Of a stretch of DNA of 64,000 nt, positions 1 to 13,670 are shown one piece after another. Origin of the DNA: Ruditapes philippinarum (taxonomy: Eukaryota). The stretch covers positions 1 to 64,000 of the forward strand of contig NW_026855281.1 of the NCBI RefSeq assembly GCF_026571515.1, in the 5' to 3' direction. Within the stretch, counting starts at the first letter, position 1. Each line of letters begins with the position of its first letter. The translations under genes were made by a program, and so were the position numbers. Below the pieces are notes generated by a model. That model worked only from the letters and a program-made list of their open reading frames with translations. It was not told where the DNA came from and did no database searches.

Positions 1-1499
1 ATAAACACCTACAATGTTTTGGGCTTGTCATGGCCGTAACGTCTGTATCAAGTGGGGCCCATTCTTAAATATTTCAGAATAATTTTAATTTTATTTTTAT
101 TCTATAAGTGTATACATTAAATAATTCCATGAATAACGGGATTCTGTTAAAGATTGAAAAACAAAGTGATTTAACGCTCAATATCAGCTGTTTAGCTGTT
201 TAGTTTAGCCCCTGCAATACTGAAGGTCTTTTATAATTGAGACATTAGAGGACAAGCTAAAAGCACTGTCCTATTATTTCTGACTAAACTCTTATTGATT
301 TCTAGTTGATTCTTTTTACCTACAAATGACAAATGAACATCCTTGTCATTTTTTATTTAACCCTCACCACCCAGTGATTGTCCCCCTGTTTTTTACAGCC
401 GAATAAGGTTTGTTTCCCCAAGATAGGTATGTTTTGGCAAATATGCTTATTTTTTCCAAGCTTTAGAAAGAAATCATATTCGAGCCGAAATTCCCGTTAT
501 TAAAGCTGACAATTTTGCTTCATTCAATTCCAATCCAATATGGTATAAGACAATGATGTATAAAATTATTTCATTGTCAATTTTTTATGTATTTTTATGC
601 TTAATATGATGTACTTTTTGTTGGATTAACAACTTTGTACAATTCACAATACTCTGCTGGTACTGAATACATTTCCCAATCAAGATGCAACATTTCCCAA
701 ATTGTGCTAGGTAATAGTCCCCAACATGTCTAGGAAAAGGCTTGAAACTGTTTAGTTTGTATTTCAAATCTACAGACTGAATAAGTCCAAAAAATAACAA
801 GAATAAAGATCAACAAGGCAAAGGCAACGTGCACAGGACGCCGCAAGACTTGTTCATATATAGTACAGTCTAAAATAACTTCAAATATGTCTGTCAATGA
901 CATTACATTACTATGACAGTCTTTTTCCTCTGCTTAAAATGATCACTTACATGAAATATCATAGTATGATGTTTTAAGATGTTACAAGTCAATCCTACAA
1001 GGCATTACAAGGAACTGCAATCCACAATATAGTTTTGTTGCTTTTGTTTTTTCACCAAATTATTTAAATATGTATAAAATGTTTCCCTGCCCTTTAATTG
1101 ACCATTTCTCGCTTCTTGCTTAATGTGCCTCAATTGCTAGGATCTGCTTAATGACAGGCTGTTCTTTAAGTTTGAAGAGATAATCTTTGGAACATTCATA
1201 TTGATAATCAAACTAACCATTATTTACAATGAATTATTTACAATTGTAGCCAATAAATAATTATACCTTTAAATTGTATGCGGTCTAAACAAATACATTG
1301 TATACTGTCTGAACCTATGTGACAGAAAAAAATCACAAACTAGTAATTTAGAATTTCTTTGCGTATTTATTAAAGACATTGTACATTGTATTTCAAATAT
1401 ATTTCAATAGTCTTATTGAAAGTCATTTTGTATGACAGACACACAAATCTAGTGCTCTGCATGATAAAAAGATGAAAAAGATAAAAAATGAACTTTCTC

Positions 1500-1860
1500 C
1501 TGGCTACCTATCAACTCTTTCCCTCCTTCTGTAAGTGAAACCTCCCGTAATAATTTACGAAATTTACATGTACAAGGCATTCCCCTACTAAAATATGTTT
1601 TCTAAAGCTTTCAGAGAATGGATCGAACTACCAGTTGATCTACGTGATGCCTCTTCATTGCCTTCTTGAATAGAATCATGAAAAATTGTGCAGAATTTTT
1701 CTACACAGGTATCGAATAACTGTCGTTTGCGAAACTATTTCAGCTTATTGTTACTCTTCACAACCTGTTTAACGGCGACACAAACTTAAATGACGACATC
1801 ACAATAAGTCATGTTGTTCAAATGTATAGCCGAGATAGCAAACATTTTCCATAGTTTATG
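1500..1860 (+). mobile_element. Degenerate 3' fragment of a CR1/L2-type LINE ORF2
   Basis: Manual translation around 1615-1670 gives EW.ELPVDLRDASSL.S, resembling the WNxLPxxxRxxxSLxxFK motif near LINE ORF2 C-termini; many stops and frameshifts. Confidence 0.45.
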
Positions 1861-2054
1861 TTACACTCTATTCGCCGAATAGATCTCTTATTGCGTTTTC
1901 TATTTATAACATTTAGATTATACTATCCATACTACTAGTTTCAGATATAAACTTCTACTGTATATCCGCTTTCGTTTCTAAATATTTTGTAACTGTGTCT
2001 TGATTCGATTCGTTCTTGGCCCTTTTTTATTTTTGTTATTTTAAACTTATGTTA

Positions 2055-2400
2055 AATGAGACCATATCTTGTTTTAAAGGACATGGTCATGTGTTCATTT
2101 AAATGAGACCTTATCATGTTATAAATTACATGGTTTTTAACCTATGTACAGAAGACTTATCCTGTTATAAGGTCATGATCATTATTGACTTATCAAAAAT
2201 GATACTATACTGTTATAAAGGCCGTGGCCTTTTACATTCCATTCTCGAACGAAACCGTACCCTGTTATAAAAGCAATGGTTTCTTGATGCCTATCTAGAC
2301 CATGTATACCAATATAAAAACCTGTGATCTCTGACGTGTATGTATATCTGTGTCTTTCCTAAATGAAATAATATCTTGTTATAAAGGCTATCTTGTATAT
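2055..2400. repeat. Degenerate minisatellite, unit about 45-50 bp
   Basis: Core (ga)ccNtatc(c/t)tgttataaagg.catggt recurs about 6-7 times (near 2060, 2107, 2155, 2201, 2253, 2370). Confidence 0.6.
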
Positions 2401-2599
2401 GTGAGTCAAGTGGGCTTAAAACTAGGTAACTATTGTGATTCAAGACATTGTTTAAATGGTTTATACTCTCGTAAACTCATTTATGATTCTATCTTGAAAG
2501 TTGTGGTAGATATTGAACCGAGCAAACATATGATCAAAAACACCTCAAAAATTGTAAATAGATTTTGGACGTTAAATTAGGTACAAAAAACGTGTCGGT

Positions 2600-2990
2600 C
2601 TATGGGATTTACTTTACTTACAAGAATGGCGTGCAGTTGTATCTGGAAATGGTGTGCTCAAACATTTATATTCATATGAAAATTGAATTATATTAAGACA
2701 AGATTATTTGTTATCATTTAGAAGTGCTCTTACACGCGTTCTAGTGTCCTCTCACAGACTTAGAATTGAGTTTGGAAAGTATGGTCAAAGCCGTGTAAAC
2801 GTCACGAAAGGACATGTCAATTCTGTGATGCTAAAGAGCCCGAAGACGAATATCATTTTGTTTTAAAATGCAGTGCTTATGAACATCTACGTAGCCAATA
2901 TATAAAGATTCTGCTTAGTATGAATTGCTACAATCTTAAAGCCATAAAGTACTTACAAACATATGTTATTATTTAAAAAAGTCAAAAATC
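2600..2990 (+). mobile_element. Degenerate non-LTR retrotransposon 3' end (C-terminal zinc-knuckle region)
   Basis: Translates across a frameshift as RSALTRVLVSSHRLRIEFGKYGQSR...ERTCQFCDAKEPEDEYHFVLKCSAYEHLRSQYI, the same motif class as the 3276-4103 ORF. Confidence 0.7.
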
Positions 2991-3029
2991 CGACGAAATG
3001 ATAACTCTAGAAATTTCAATGGTTATATA

Positions 3030-3031
3030 AA

Positions 3032-3071
<40 letters not shown>

Positions 3072-4120
3072 TTCTTTATTATAGTGACATGTGTTATACG
3101 TATATACATACACATAAATACACAAAGATGAACACCCGGCCCATAGGACCTATAAGTCACCTTCACAAAATATCATATTCTGAGCATGTGTTATAGTTTT
3201 TAACATGTTATTAACATAATAGTAAATTCATATCAATACATGTTATGCATTTACGGACAGTTCAATTTTAATTAATCATGATCTATTATACAATAAATCT
3301 CTCCTTAACAGATATGCTTGTACAATGAATTTAATAACTTTATTTTGATGGTTGTTTACGAGGTAAACTAGTTTTTCATTGTCTGCCATTGTATTAAATA
3401 AATTGTTTGAAATAACATTTCCAAAAACAACAGTTCTTATATCATTGTAAATGGGACACACAACAAGGAAATGAGCTTCGTCCTCAATTTGATTTGTTTG
3501 GCACAAATTACAAAGTCTTTGATTAGGCAATTCTCCGCTATATCTACCGGTTTCTATTCTTAATGGTAGGATACCACATCTAAACTGCGCGTATAATGAG
3601 CGTTCATTTCTTTTTAAATTTAATAATAAATAATTTTCACATGTGAAGGATGTCTTAAATAATGTGTAAGTTCTCAGTTTTGGTTCGTTTTCACAATCAG
3701 TAGTCCATATGTCTGCGTAATATTGAATCATTTTTGAATTGGCACAGTCCATATTGATGGCCAATTTATTTTCAAAATGATCACTGAGGTCTAATTTCGT
3801 CATTATATTCTTCACTTCACTGCACCAATTATTTATTGTATCACTTTTCTCATAGTCACAGTTGAATGCCTGTTTCGTAATCCTATTATTAGGTAACTTC
3901 ACAAGTCTATTCCAATAACGGATCATGCACAACCAACGTCTGTAATTACACGGTATCCAACCTGTTTCACCTGAAAGCGCAAGTTTTGGAGTAAATCTAT
4001 GAACTCCCAAGAAATAGCGAATGGCCCGGTTTTGTGTGTTATCTGCCGATTGAAAGTTTCTATAACTCCAAACAGAAGCACAATAGTCCAAAATGGGTAT
4101 CACGCAGGAGTTGTATAGTT
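3030..4120 (-). mobile_element. 5'-truncated non-LTR retrotransposon (ORF2 C-terminus, RTE-X/CR1-like) with microsatellite tail
   Basis: Open 275-aa ORF 3276-4103 (PILDYCASVW...AQFRCGILPLRIETGRY...CNLCQTNQIEDEAHFLVVCPIY). On the minus strand the 3' UTR ends in AATAAA followed by a (TTAC)n tail at 3030-3070. Confidence 0.85.
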
Positions 4121-5159
4121 TCTATATATTATGACGCTGTTTTGATTAGATATGATGTGATGTTCTATATGTTATATTGAGTAAATATTTTGTCAAATAA
4201 ATGCAATTCAATGCGAAGTCATAGTTTTTTCTCCGCTTAGATTTAGTGCTCTTCATTATTCATTTACAGAAGTCATTTATAGACATAATTCTAACACTCC
4301 TCGAAATTTTGTCTAAGACCAATATTATTTCTTAAATATATACTTAAGGACGATGAAGAAAAAAGGGTGTTAAACTGTCAATAAACACTGGTTAGGGACT
4401 ACTATTATATCCGGCTGTTATTTTTTCTACCTCGATTATATAGTTTAAAAAGCCTTTTAGAGCAACGATAAAAAAACATTTTTATTTACATTTTCAGGTC
4501 TTATAATTTTCCTTTTCATACAATATAAAATAATATCTCACATACACTAACGCCAAATATTTGATCGATATCAGCTACTAAATATTTAGATTAAAAATAT
4601 ATTTATATATTGACAAAACGGCGCCAATCCGTAAGCAGCGTAATGACGTCATCCTTAGTAACCAACTCATTCATAAACTCGCTAGAATGACGTTATTCTA
4701 AACATACAAGAATGATAAATTGGGCTCTGATGTAAACATTATACAAGCCAGTCGAAGACGTAAGTTTTTATTGTTGAAACTTTATACATTAACTTTTTTT
4801 CTTATTATTTCTTTTGTAAAACGATTTTAATATTTAAGCAACAGTAGGGTGCGAATTCGAACAGCGTTATACGAAAATCGGCACAGGAAGCAATTTTCGC
4901 TTGATAAAAAAAAAGTTTGTGACCTTTCTTATTTTATCTTGTTAGAATCGAAATATTATCGATCTGACCGGTGTTTATCGGCTATTTAACACCGGTTTTG
5001 TCGTTTTGATGAGAAAAGTTTAACGATTTCTAAAAATTTCCATTTACATAATTTCGTATTCATTTCCATGCTCATCTGTGTCTTACATTTCCAGAAAGGT
5101 GTGACAATCAGGTCACTTAATAACGGTTTAAAACATTAGATAATTTCATTTCATAAAGT

Positions 5160-6050
5160 AACAATTCAGTTCAATATTCAATATTTTATTGAGCATATGA
5201 ACATATTTAAATGTTCTTTACCCACATATCACATGCAAGGCGGTGACATTTAAAACAGTGAGCAGAGCGTGATTATACCATTACAATGAACTATATAAAC
5301 AACTAAAGAAAATATTCACACGTATATATACATATAACCAGTGACAGCAATAATATTGAAATAGAACGTATATAATAAAATTAATCATATCAAACAAATG
5401 ATCTATACAAAGTTGAAACACAAGTTAAAAAACAACAACAAATTACAAACATTTATAAAAGAACTATAATTATATTCCTTACCAGTACAACCTGACCAAT
5501 CTGATCACTAGTGCATACAAAGTAAATAATACAATCGGAGGCGGTCATTATGTTTATATAAGCAGGTCAGGCCTACTCTATACAGGTATTAAATAGTATA
5601 GTTTTATGACATCATATAGTTAAGATAATATTACATTTTAAATTTTCATTTTTAACTAATCTCTGGAGAACGTAGTTATGTTTCTAAGAATATATACATG
5701 TATTTAGCAAGTTATATTTGACTGTTGTGTACTTAGTAACATACGAAACATTTGTAGTGTTGGCCAATAACAATACTATTTTGGAAGACATTTATTCCTT
5801 ATTTCACGGTAGTGTTGGCATACAAGAACAAAGTGGTATTCATCTTCAACAACAGCCATATTGCAAAAAGTATATTTTCTATTTACCCTTGATATATTCC
5901 TAAATCTACCTTCTTCTTTTGCTAGCCTATGTGATGAACATCTAAGTCTAGTGAGAGGTATGCGATGAGAATCATTGTACACATAATAAATATATTTTCA
6001 AATCCTACATAGTTTTAAATAATTTATAAGTACACAGTTTTGATAATATA
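5160..6050 (-). mobile_element. Degenerate LINE 3' end
   Basis: ORF 5776-5982 LTRLRCSSHRLAKEEGRF...FCNMAVVEDEYHFVLVCQHY. Possible minus-strand AATAAA with a (TTGAA)-like tail near 5160-5190; the left boundary is uncertain. Confidence 0.7.
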
Positions 6051-7886
6051 GTCTTAGTTAGATAAATATGACCCGAGGTCCCAGTCAAGGCTAAAATTTA
6101 ATTCTCCCATGTATCCGGACTGTAACTTGTATAACAAACTTAAAATGATGCAAATCGTTATTGATGACAGGTTCATCAGAAAATCAAGAAACTCAAGTAT
6201 ATAAAGTCACCCTAATAAGATGTATCGTTCAACTTTTTTCTTTTTAGATAATGACATTTGAATTGAGAAATAAGCGACAAAGAACATTACGCAGTAACAA
6301 CATTTAAGCACAAGAATTTAATTGTCTACAACTTTGAAAGACATTGTTTATTTTGTGTGTGCAGTTCGGTTCTTCGCTGTTAAAAGGCATCGTATACAGA
6401 GTGTTTAAGTGTTTAAGAATCATATTCACAGAAGTAAAATGGCCTTATAAAACTTTTTTAAAAACATGTACAGTAGCATTTACTTTATACAACATAAAAA
6501 GAAAAAGACATTTATTTTTCAACGTGTTTTTGATTTTGGTATAACACTGATATTTCTTAAGAAAGCGTGGTTATTTGACAGTTGGCATATGCGGTAACCA
6601 TGGAATCTGCCCATTTACAAAATTACTAACACATCAGCATATTTTTATTTTTGAATTCACTATAGAATTTAACTTGATATATCAGAAAATGTAAAAAAAA
6701 TCTCTGAAAGAAGTGTTTCGATATCTTTAATTTTTACAGAATTCATGTTTTTATTTGAGTTAAGAAGCATGAAAAATTCCTTTTTAAAGAAACATTATCG
6801 GTTTTTGTTTTCATACACAACTAGTAGATAAATAAAGTGTTGTATTATATTTGCCTTTCATTCATTCATTGCCAAAAATATTAATTCAGAGCAACCATAA
6901 ACAGTTGGGCGATAAAACGGCCATCATGGCCTACTTATTTAAAGATACTTCTTTTTTAATGTAAAGGTATGAATTACCTAAGCGTTAAATAATAACATTT
7001 CTGTGTAATATTTTCAAGTTGGATATGAATGACTCTCTCACGTTTACAATTGCAAAAGTGGGCAATGCACTTTTTTCGTGCACTAAAGTTCAACGAGGAC
7101 GCATTTAAAATCTGAGCCCTCCGAATCTTGTACAGGTATGAAGCTGTGTACAAGTTCAATAGAATTAGTGTTGTTCTCCAAAATGTATAATTATAATAAT
7201 TACATAATAATTTCACACTTTCAACATAAATTTGTTATTTAAGTACAAAAATGATATGGAATATAGATTTGATAGCAGTTATTTGGACTAGGTAAATGAA
7301 CACGACTAATTACTACTAAATTTCAAGCAAGCGTTATTCCAATGTTTAAGTTGATGTTTCTAGCTATATTAAATCAGAGAACAATAGATTAACTCTCGAC
7401 ATAAGAGAAAAATAAATCTGTCTTTACACTATGTCTTTAAACTTTAACATTAACTACTCTCTAAATGGAAAATACAGTTTTAAAACATTTAATTTCTTAT
7501 ATTTGTTAACTGCGCAGTTAGTAAGAATGATTGATACCGGTATTTGAAAATACTTTGTCTCGGTTCGATTCGTTCTTGAACCTATTCTAATTTCAAACTT
7601 TACCAAATCAGATGACTATCTGTATTACATTATCTGTTTTTTTTTTTAATATATAAGTTCTCAACTAATCGGCATATCTCGCCATTTTTCGTATTCATAA
7701 AGATATTGATTCGACCTCGAGAATGGCTAGCATTATCGATTTTAACAAATCGATTTTAACAAATAATATTGAAAAGATATAAACTATTAATTGATAAAAT
7801 ACCTTAATTATGTTAAATGATAAAACGCGGGTAGTTTATGTGACTGCTGCGGAATAACCATTGTGCGGAAACAAAGTGTTTTGAAC

Positions 7887-8202
7887 ATGGCAACATCAAC
7901 ATGCAATGACTCGGCTTCAGATCAGGTTTTTATTATTTAATTTCATTTAAACATTTTACTTTCTGTTGTACACTTATTAACTGTTATGTTAAGATTTAAC
8001 TAAAAATATGCGAGCATTATTGATCTCATGTTCTTCAAAAATTATTACAAATTGTAAGTGAAAAAAGATATATTTATTGATAATGTAGAGACATTTATTC
8101 ACGGGCGACCAATTTAAACCAATGTTTTCTTATTATTCATATACTGCTTATCAGCTGTTCTTGTAGGAAATGATATGTACGGACAACAAGACTGGATTTA
8201 AA
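7887..8202 (+). CDS. Candidate 5' coding exons of the HSPA12 gene (7887-7925 and 8167-8202)
   Basis: aacATGG context; MATSTCNDSASDQ ends at CAG|GT in phase 0; ttcttgtag|EMICTDNKTGFK|gtaaac is also phase 0, compatible with the phase-0 acceptor at 21213. Linkage to HSPA12 is inferred. Confidence 0.35.
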
Positions 8203-8314
8203 GTAAACATGATTATCAACATAAATACATATTTTAAGAAAAACAAAATTGATATCATTACATGTATAGCATCATCTTATCACACCAAAAGTACCAGACT
8301 TTCATCACGTTATG

Positions 8315-8985
8315 GTATAAAGTCTCCCAAACATTTTTGGGAGACATATTAATTTGCCTTCGCCGTCTATCCGTCCGTCTGGTTGGTTGATTGGCCGTCC
8401 GTCCGCATTAAGCTTGTCCGGTTTTCGTAGGTCAAACTGCTAATTAAATTTCAATGAAACCTCACAGGAGTGATAAGTACCATATCTTGTGTGCATGTTC
8501 TTGGCACGTTCCGCTTCGCTGCACACAATGGCCATATAAAAAGAAAAATACTTTCCGGCTTTTACAGGTCAAACCTCTGGTAGGATTTCAATAATACTTT
8601 CAATAAGTAATCAGTACTATCCTTGGTTGTGAATAATTCTGGCATATTCCGCTTCGTTGCATTTAATGGCACCTAGAGCTATAGATAAAAGAAAATTGTC
8701 CGACTTTCAAAGGATAAACTGCAGGCAGGATTTCGACATCACTTTATGACTTTCCAAGGTCAACTGCTGGTGGAATTTTAATAAAACTCAACATGAGTGA
8801 TCAGTATTATCTCTAGTTGTGCATATTACTGGCACGTTCCGCTTCACTGCAGCAAATGGCCACCAGCGCTATAAATAGTAAATTTTTGGTCAAACTGCGG
8901 CTGGGATTTTAACAAACCTTCACAGGAATGATCAGTACCTAATCTCGTTTTGGAAGACATATTTTGTGACAAAACATTTTAGTTC
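8315..8985 (+). mobile_element. Non-autonomous Helentron-associated (HINE/pearl-like) element
   Basis: 5' hairpin gtctcccaaa...tttgggagac, then a (GTCC)n microsatellite, internal ~135-bp tandem cores (aaactgct...ttccgcttcgctgca), and a 3' tttggaagacatatt subterminal repeat. Confidence 0.65.
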
Positions 8986-10799
8986 AGATTTGCAAAAAAA
9001 GGAATAACTACAAGCAAATCATCACGACAAATGGCTGTGCGATCTTTTTTAACGTACCATTTGCAGCGTGTTATTCACAACACATAGACAAGCGTAGAAG
9101 TACGGTTTAATTCAGTCTTATTTACATAAAAACTGTAAATATGTAAAGTAAAATGTAAACGATTTGGAGTCTTGTTACAATATACCATTTTCACAACGAC
9201 CGGTATAAAACTGATATTTGCACAAGGACGTTTAAGCATGCTAAATAGAAGATTTTTTTTCAAGTAATTTACTTTTCATAATATTTACATTAACATGTAA
9301 TTGTATTCATAAGTAAATAACTAATGACATTGCATTAGATATTTACAATGAAGTTTAAGCATCTATATCAAATGATTTAAATTACAAGATATATTTAACC
9401 GATTTGATCTCACGTATTCACTTAAAAGTATGCGACCAATAAGGTGTAGAATTTATCAAAAACCTTAAAATGTAATCGATAACAGTTGTTGTATGTACTC
9501 GTATACCTTATGCTGTCTATGTTAGTAACTTATAAAGTCCGTTTTTTTCTCTCTGTTTACTCCGTCACTTAAGCGTGTCTGTCAAATTTCTGTTTCTTGT
9601 TTTACTGGGTGCCATTCCGGTGGTTTTATGATGGCTGCTGTGTTCCTTTTATATAGTTTTGTATTTATATTATATCATTTATGATTGAGGTAAGTTCAGA
9701 CACCTCACATAAATATAACGCATTTAAGATTATTTCTTAAAAGAAATTGTAAGAAGTCCTCAACTGCATTGTCAACGAATCATTTTTGTATTTTCTATTG
9801 TTATAGATATTGATACATATCTTTGTTTTTGAATCATTTTTATTCTCCAATCTGGTATCATAATCTAAGGCATCTATTATTGGACTTGACAAATCGTGTT
9901 TCCCGTCAGTGAGGATCCAAAATATTCGGAAACTATGCACGTGTCTTTAAGTGCAAATTAAGTGTAAACGTTTCCACCGTGCGAGATGCTTGGTGAACTT
10001 ATCTCACATATATATCTTTATTCCAATATCAAACCCTTTGTAGGAACATACACATGTCTGCGCGTAAGAATCGTTTGAATGTAAAATAGAGTTGTATAAA
10101 AGAGGATAAAAAAAGAATATTTAAAATGTTAAGAACATAAGAACAGGGGGCTGGGAAAACTAGGGTGACACATAATTAATGCAAGCTATGGCTGCACTTA
10201 ACTGCTCTTGGGTAGCTAGTCGGGCAAGTGCAGGGGGAAGAGAGTTAAGATATAGATATAATTGTTATTTATTCTCATTATCATAAATTTATAGTCAAAT
10301 ATACGAACGCCAATAAGGCACATTGGCAAGTCAAACATAATATGATATCAACTTTTTAGGATCTCCGGAAGTGTCATACAAATTAATATAAAAAATGAAA
10401 ACCCACTTGGCAACAAAGAAAAACCAATGTAGCATTTATGTGTTGACTGCGGGCCCATATGTACATAGCTCCTGAAGTCAGAAATGTGTACGTTTGAAAG
10501 TCAAAAGGAGGGTCATTCAAATGTAACCAAGAAGCAGTATAGAAACCCAAAATAAATCTTCAGGGTTTCTAATAGTTTAGATAGTTCAGTCTACCACATG
10601 CTAGTTATCTGTCTAACACATGACCTTTAAGCAACCGACAGGCTACAGTCATCTGTCTAATTTTTTTCTCATTTGTACAAATACTTTTAGCTTGATTTGA
10701 GTAATCAACAATTGTAAATGTCAGGAGAAATAACTGCCTTCATGTAATTTTATCTATGGAAAGATTTAGTAATAAATACTAGAACCAATTTCCAAGATA

Positions 10800-11777
10800 T
10801 GGGGGCTGGGCAGCCCCGCCTGACATAAAATTGAAATATTCTCAGTTGGAAAACTAGCATGTAATTGTTTAGTTAGCACTATTTTTTAAGTATTTTATCT
10901 TTTTCTATCTTAAATCAATATATACATTTAAACAACAAACTCTGATTATTATTTACACCCAAAACAAAGAACTCTGATCATTATTTACACCCAAAACAAA
11001 CACACATCATTTATCAGCCACTTATAGGAAATATCGTTTCACGTATACGTCTTTTATATGAAACAATACTAGACATCTGGCGAGCCGAAGCTCTAAACCA
11101 ATTATGACTAAACAAAACAATAAAATCACCACAAAATGAAGAACACAAAAATGAATATTTTTACAACTCTAAGATACACTATAAACCACAAACATTCATC
11201 CAACAATATTAACTTTACAAAATCTAATCAGCATCAGAAAACAAATTAAACTAAAGCACCCAATATTTACATATATCCTCAAAACAAAGCATCAACTAAT
11301 ATAATCTTGACCAGACAAGCATTCAACAAATTTCAACCAAATATTTATAACCAAACAGATATAACTCAAAAACCAAAACAAGAAATTACAACCAATAAAC
11401 CCTGATCAATTAAGATCACCAAAATAACATTCAACCAACTTCAGCAAATTAACAAAACTCTCTTCAAAACAACAAATTCTCTTCTCAACAAAAAAATAAC
11501 CGCCACACACTATCAGCGTGTCTCTCCTATCTGATGTAAAATCTCTCTATAAACCCGCATATTTTCTGTTTTTAACGCATTTGACCTTTAAATGCATAGA
11601 GAGTTTAATATACGCATATCAACAGGTTTACATTGAAATTTGATACGCTTCAATGTCTCGCTGTATGAAAACATTAACTCTTGTAAAGAAAATATCACAG
11701 TGAAACTGTATGATTATTCTGACAGTCCCTACTCAAGAAAACACTCCACTGTTGTCAAACAATATGAATAATCTACA
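10800..11777 (-). repeat. Putative 3' LTR of the Gmr1-like element
   Basis: On the minus strand the pol stop is followed by purine tract GAAAAGGGA and TGTAG at 11777, then ~1 kb of strongly strand-biased non-coding sequence. The distal end cannot be defined. Confidence 0.4.
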
Positions 11778-11784
11778 ATGTCCC

Positions 11785-13670
11785 TTTTCAGGTATCCAGT
11801 CTACTTAGGTAATCTGCACATACGTTGTCCTTTTCTTTTACAGCTACTATTCGAAACTTATAGTTCTGAATGAATAATTCCCATCTATGCGGCCACTTTC
11901 AACTTTACATTTCTGAATATATGTTAAAGGAGCATGGTCTGTATGCATCTCAAATTTTTCCCGTACAAATATTTGTTGAATTTCTTTATTCTAAATACCA
12001 TTGCAAGACATTCCCTTTCGATAATCGAGTAGTTTCTTTCTCTATTCAGCAATTTCTTACACGTGTAAGCTATTGGAAGCAGACCATCATCAAACTGTTG
12101 AACAAGTACAGTCACAACACCTGTGTCTGAAGCATCACATTGCAAAACAAATGACTTTGAAAAGTCTGGAAGTCGTAGTATAGGTGATCGTGTCAATACT
12201 TGCTTCAAGTAAAGGCTTTTTTTTCATGTTCTAGCTTCCACATGATTTTTTTTGGTTGTCATTTCTCCGTAAAATCTGTCAATGATGTAGCAATTTCCGC
12301 AAATGAAGCAATGAATTTTCGGTAGTATCCAGCGAGACCAAGAAATGATCTCAGTTGCTTCTTTGACTCTGGTCGCATAGCGTCTCTAATTTTGATTATT
12401 TGTCATCTTCCATTTGCATTTGTCTTTTGTAAACAACATGACTAGTAAATTGTATACTTTCAAATCCAATCATACATTTAGAAGGTTTAACTGTGATATT
12501 TGCTTCTCGTGTTCTTTCAAACAATTGTCTCAACATCTTCATATGTCTCTCCCATGTAACCGTATGTCCAAACACATCGTCAACATTTTTATCAGTATCA
12601 TTGACTCCGGAAAGCAACTTCCGCATCATTCCATTAAATGTTGCACCAGATTTGACCATTCCAAATGGCATCTTTCTGAATTAGTAACTACCTTCTGTTG
12701 TAGAAAATGCTGTTAGATGTCTTGATTTTGCTTCAATTGGTATTTGCCAAAAACCTTTGGTCAAATCAATTTTTGTGAAGAACTTATCTTCTTTGAGCTT
12801 TGCCATCACATCCTCAACATTGCCCTTTGGTTCTGTATTAAACTTTGTAACAGAGTTGAGTCTTCTAAAGTCAATACAAAAACGGTTTGTATTATCCCTT
12901 TTCTTCACCAAAACGATTGGAGAATTATAATCAGAATTTGCTGGTTCAATGATACTACATTCAAGCATTTTCTTAATTTCATTCTCTACCGCTGTCCTTT
13001 TTGCATATGGTATTATATATTGTCTAACACAAATTGGTGTTTTGTCAGTCAACTCAATCTTGTGAGATTCAAAATCTCTAGTTCCAGTAAAAATCCTCAA
13101 ATTCTTGAAGCAACGCATTTACTTCTGATTTTTGTTCAAGTGTTAATTGATCATTAACATAAACATCTCTGTACGTCTCTTCACCATGTGCGTCTACTAG
13201 TTCTAAAAGATTTTCATCATCAACTACCCCAGTATCATTATTAGTTTTGGCTTCTATTACAGCTACACTCGCACAAATTCTATAATCTCGTTCTTCATAT
13301 TTCTTCAGAAGGTTAATTTTTTACAGCCCAATTCTATCACCTACTTCAACTTTGTAGTCAAACTTGTTAACTGCTTCACTTACAACAATTGGATCTTTCC
13401 ATTGTAACATCAGTTTATTGTGTGTTGAAGGCAGGAGCAGTAAAACAGTGTCTCCTTTCTAAGGACTTCATGGTCGTGTTTTCTTATCATAATGATGTTT
13501 ATACTCTTCTTGTGAGTTGCTGAGATTCTCTCTAGCAATCTTGCATGTTTGTTCTAACCTATTTCTCAAATCTAGGACGTACTCATACGCATTGCATGTC
13601 TCTGGTACTTCTGTTTCTGTCCATAATATTTTTAGTGTTTGCATGGGACCTCTAACAGTTCTTCCATATT
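11785..13670 (-). mobile_element. Degenerate Ty3/Gypsy pol, Gmr1-type order: integrase C-terminus, RT, RNase H
   Basis: 13670-13200: YGRTVRGPMQTLKILW...YVLDLRNRLEQTCKIARENL...YDKKTR...GDTVLLLLP...LMLQWKDP (integrase C-terminus, GPY/F-like). 13118-12396: SPIVLVKKRDNTNRFCIDFRRLN, KIDLTKGFWQI, MPFGM...VDDV (RT). 12208-11790: LQCDASD...YSIIERECLA...ADYLSR (RNase H), then stop. Confidence 0.88.

Noticed and set aside
4345-5120. TTAA-flanked MITE
   Set aside because: Looks transposon-like, but I could not match terminal inverted repeats.
12414-13157. Plus-strand ORFs of 100, 63 and 137 aa
   Set aside because: Antisense to Gypsy RT; no independent evidence.
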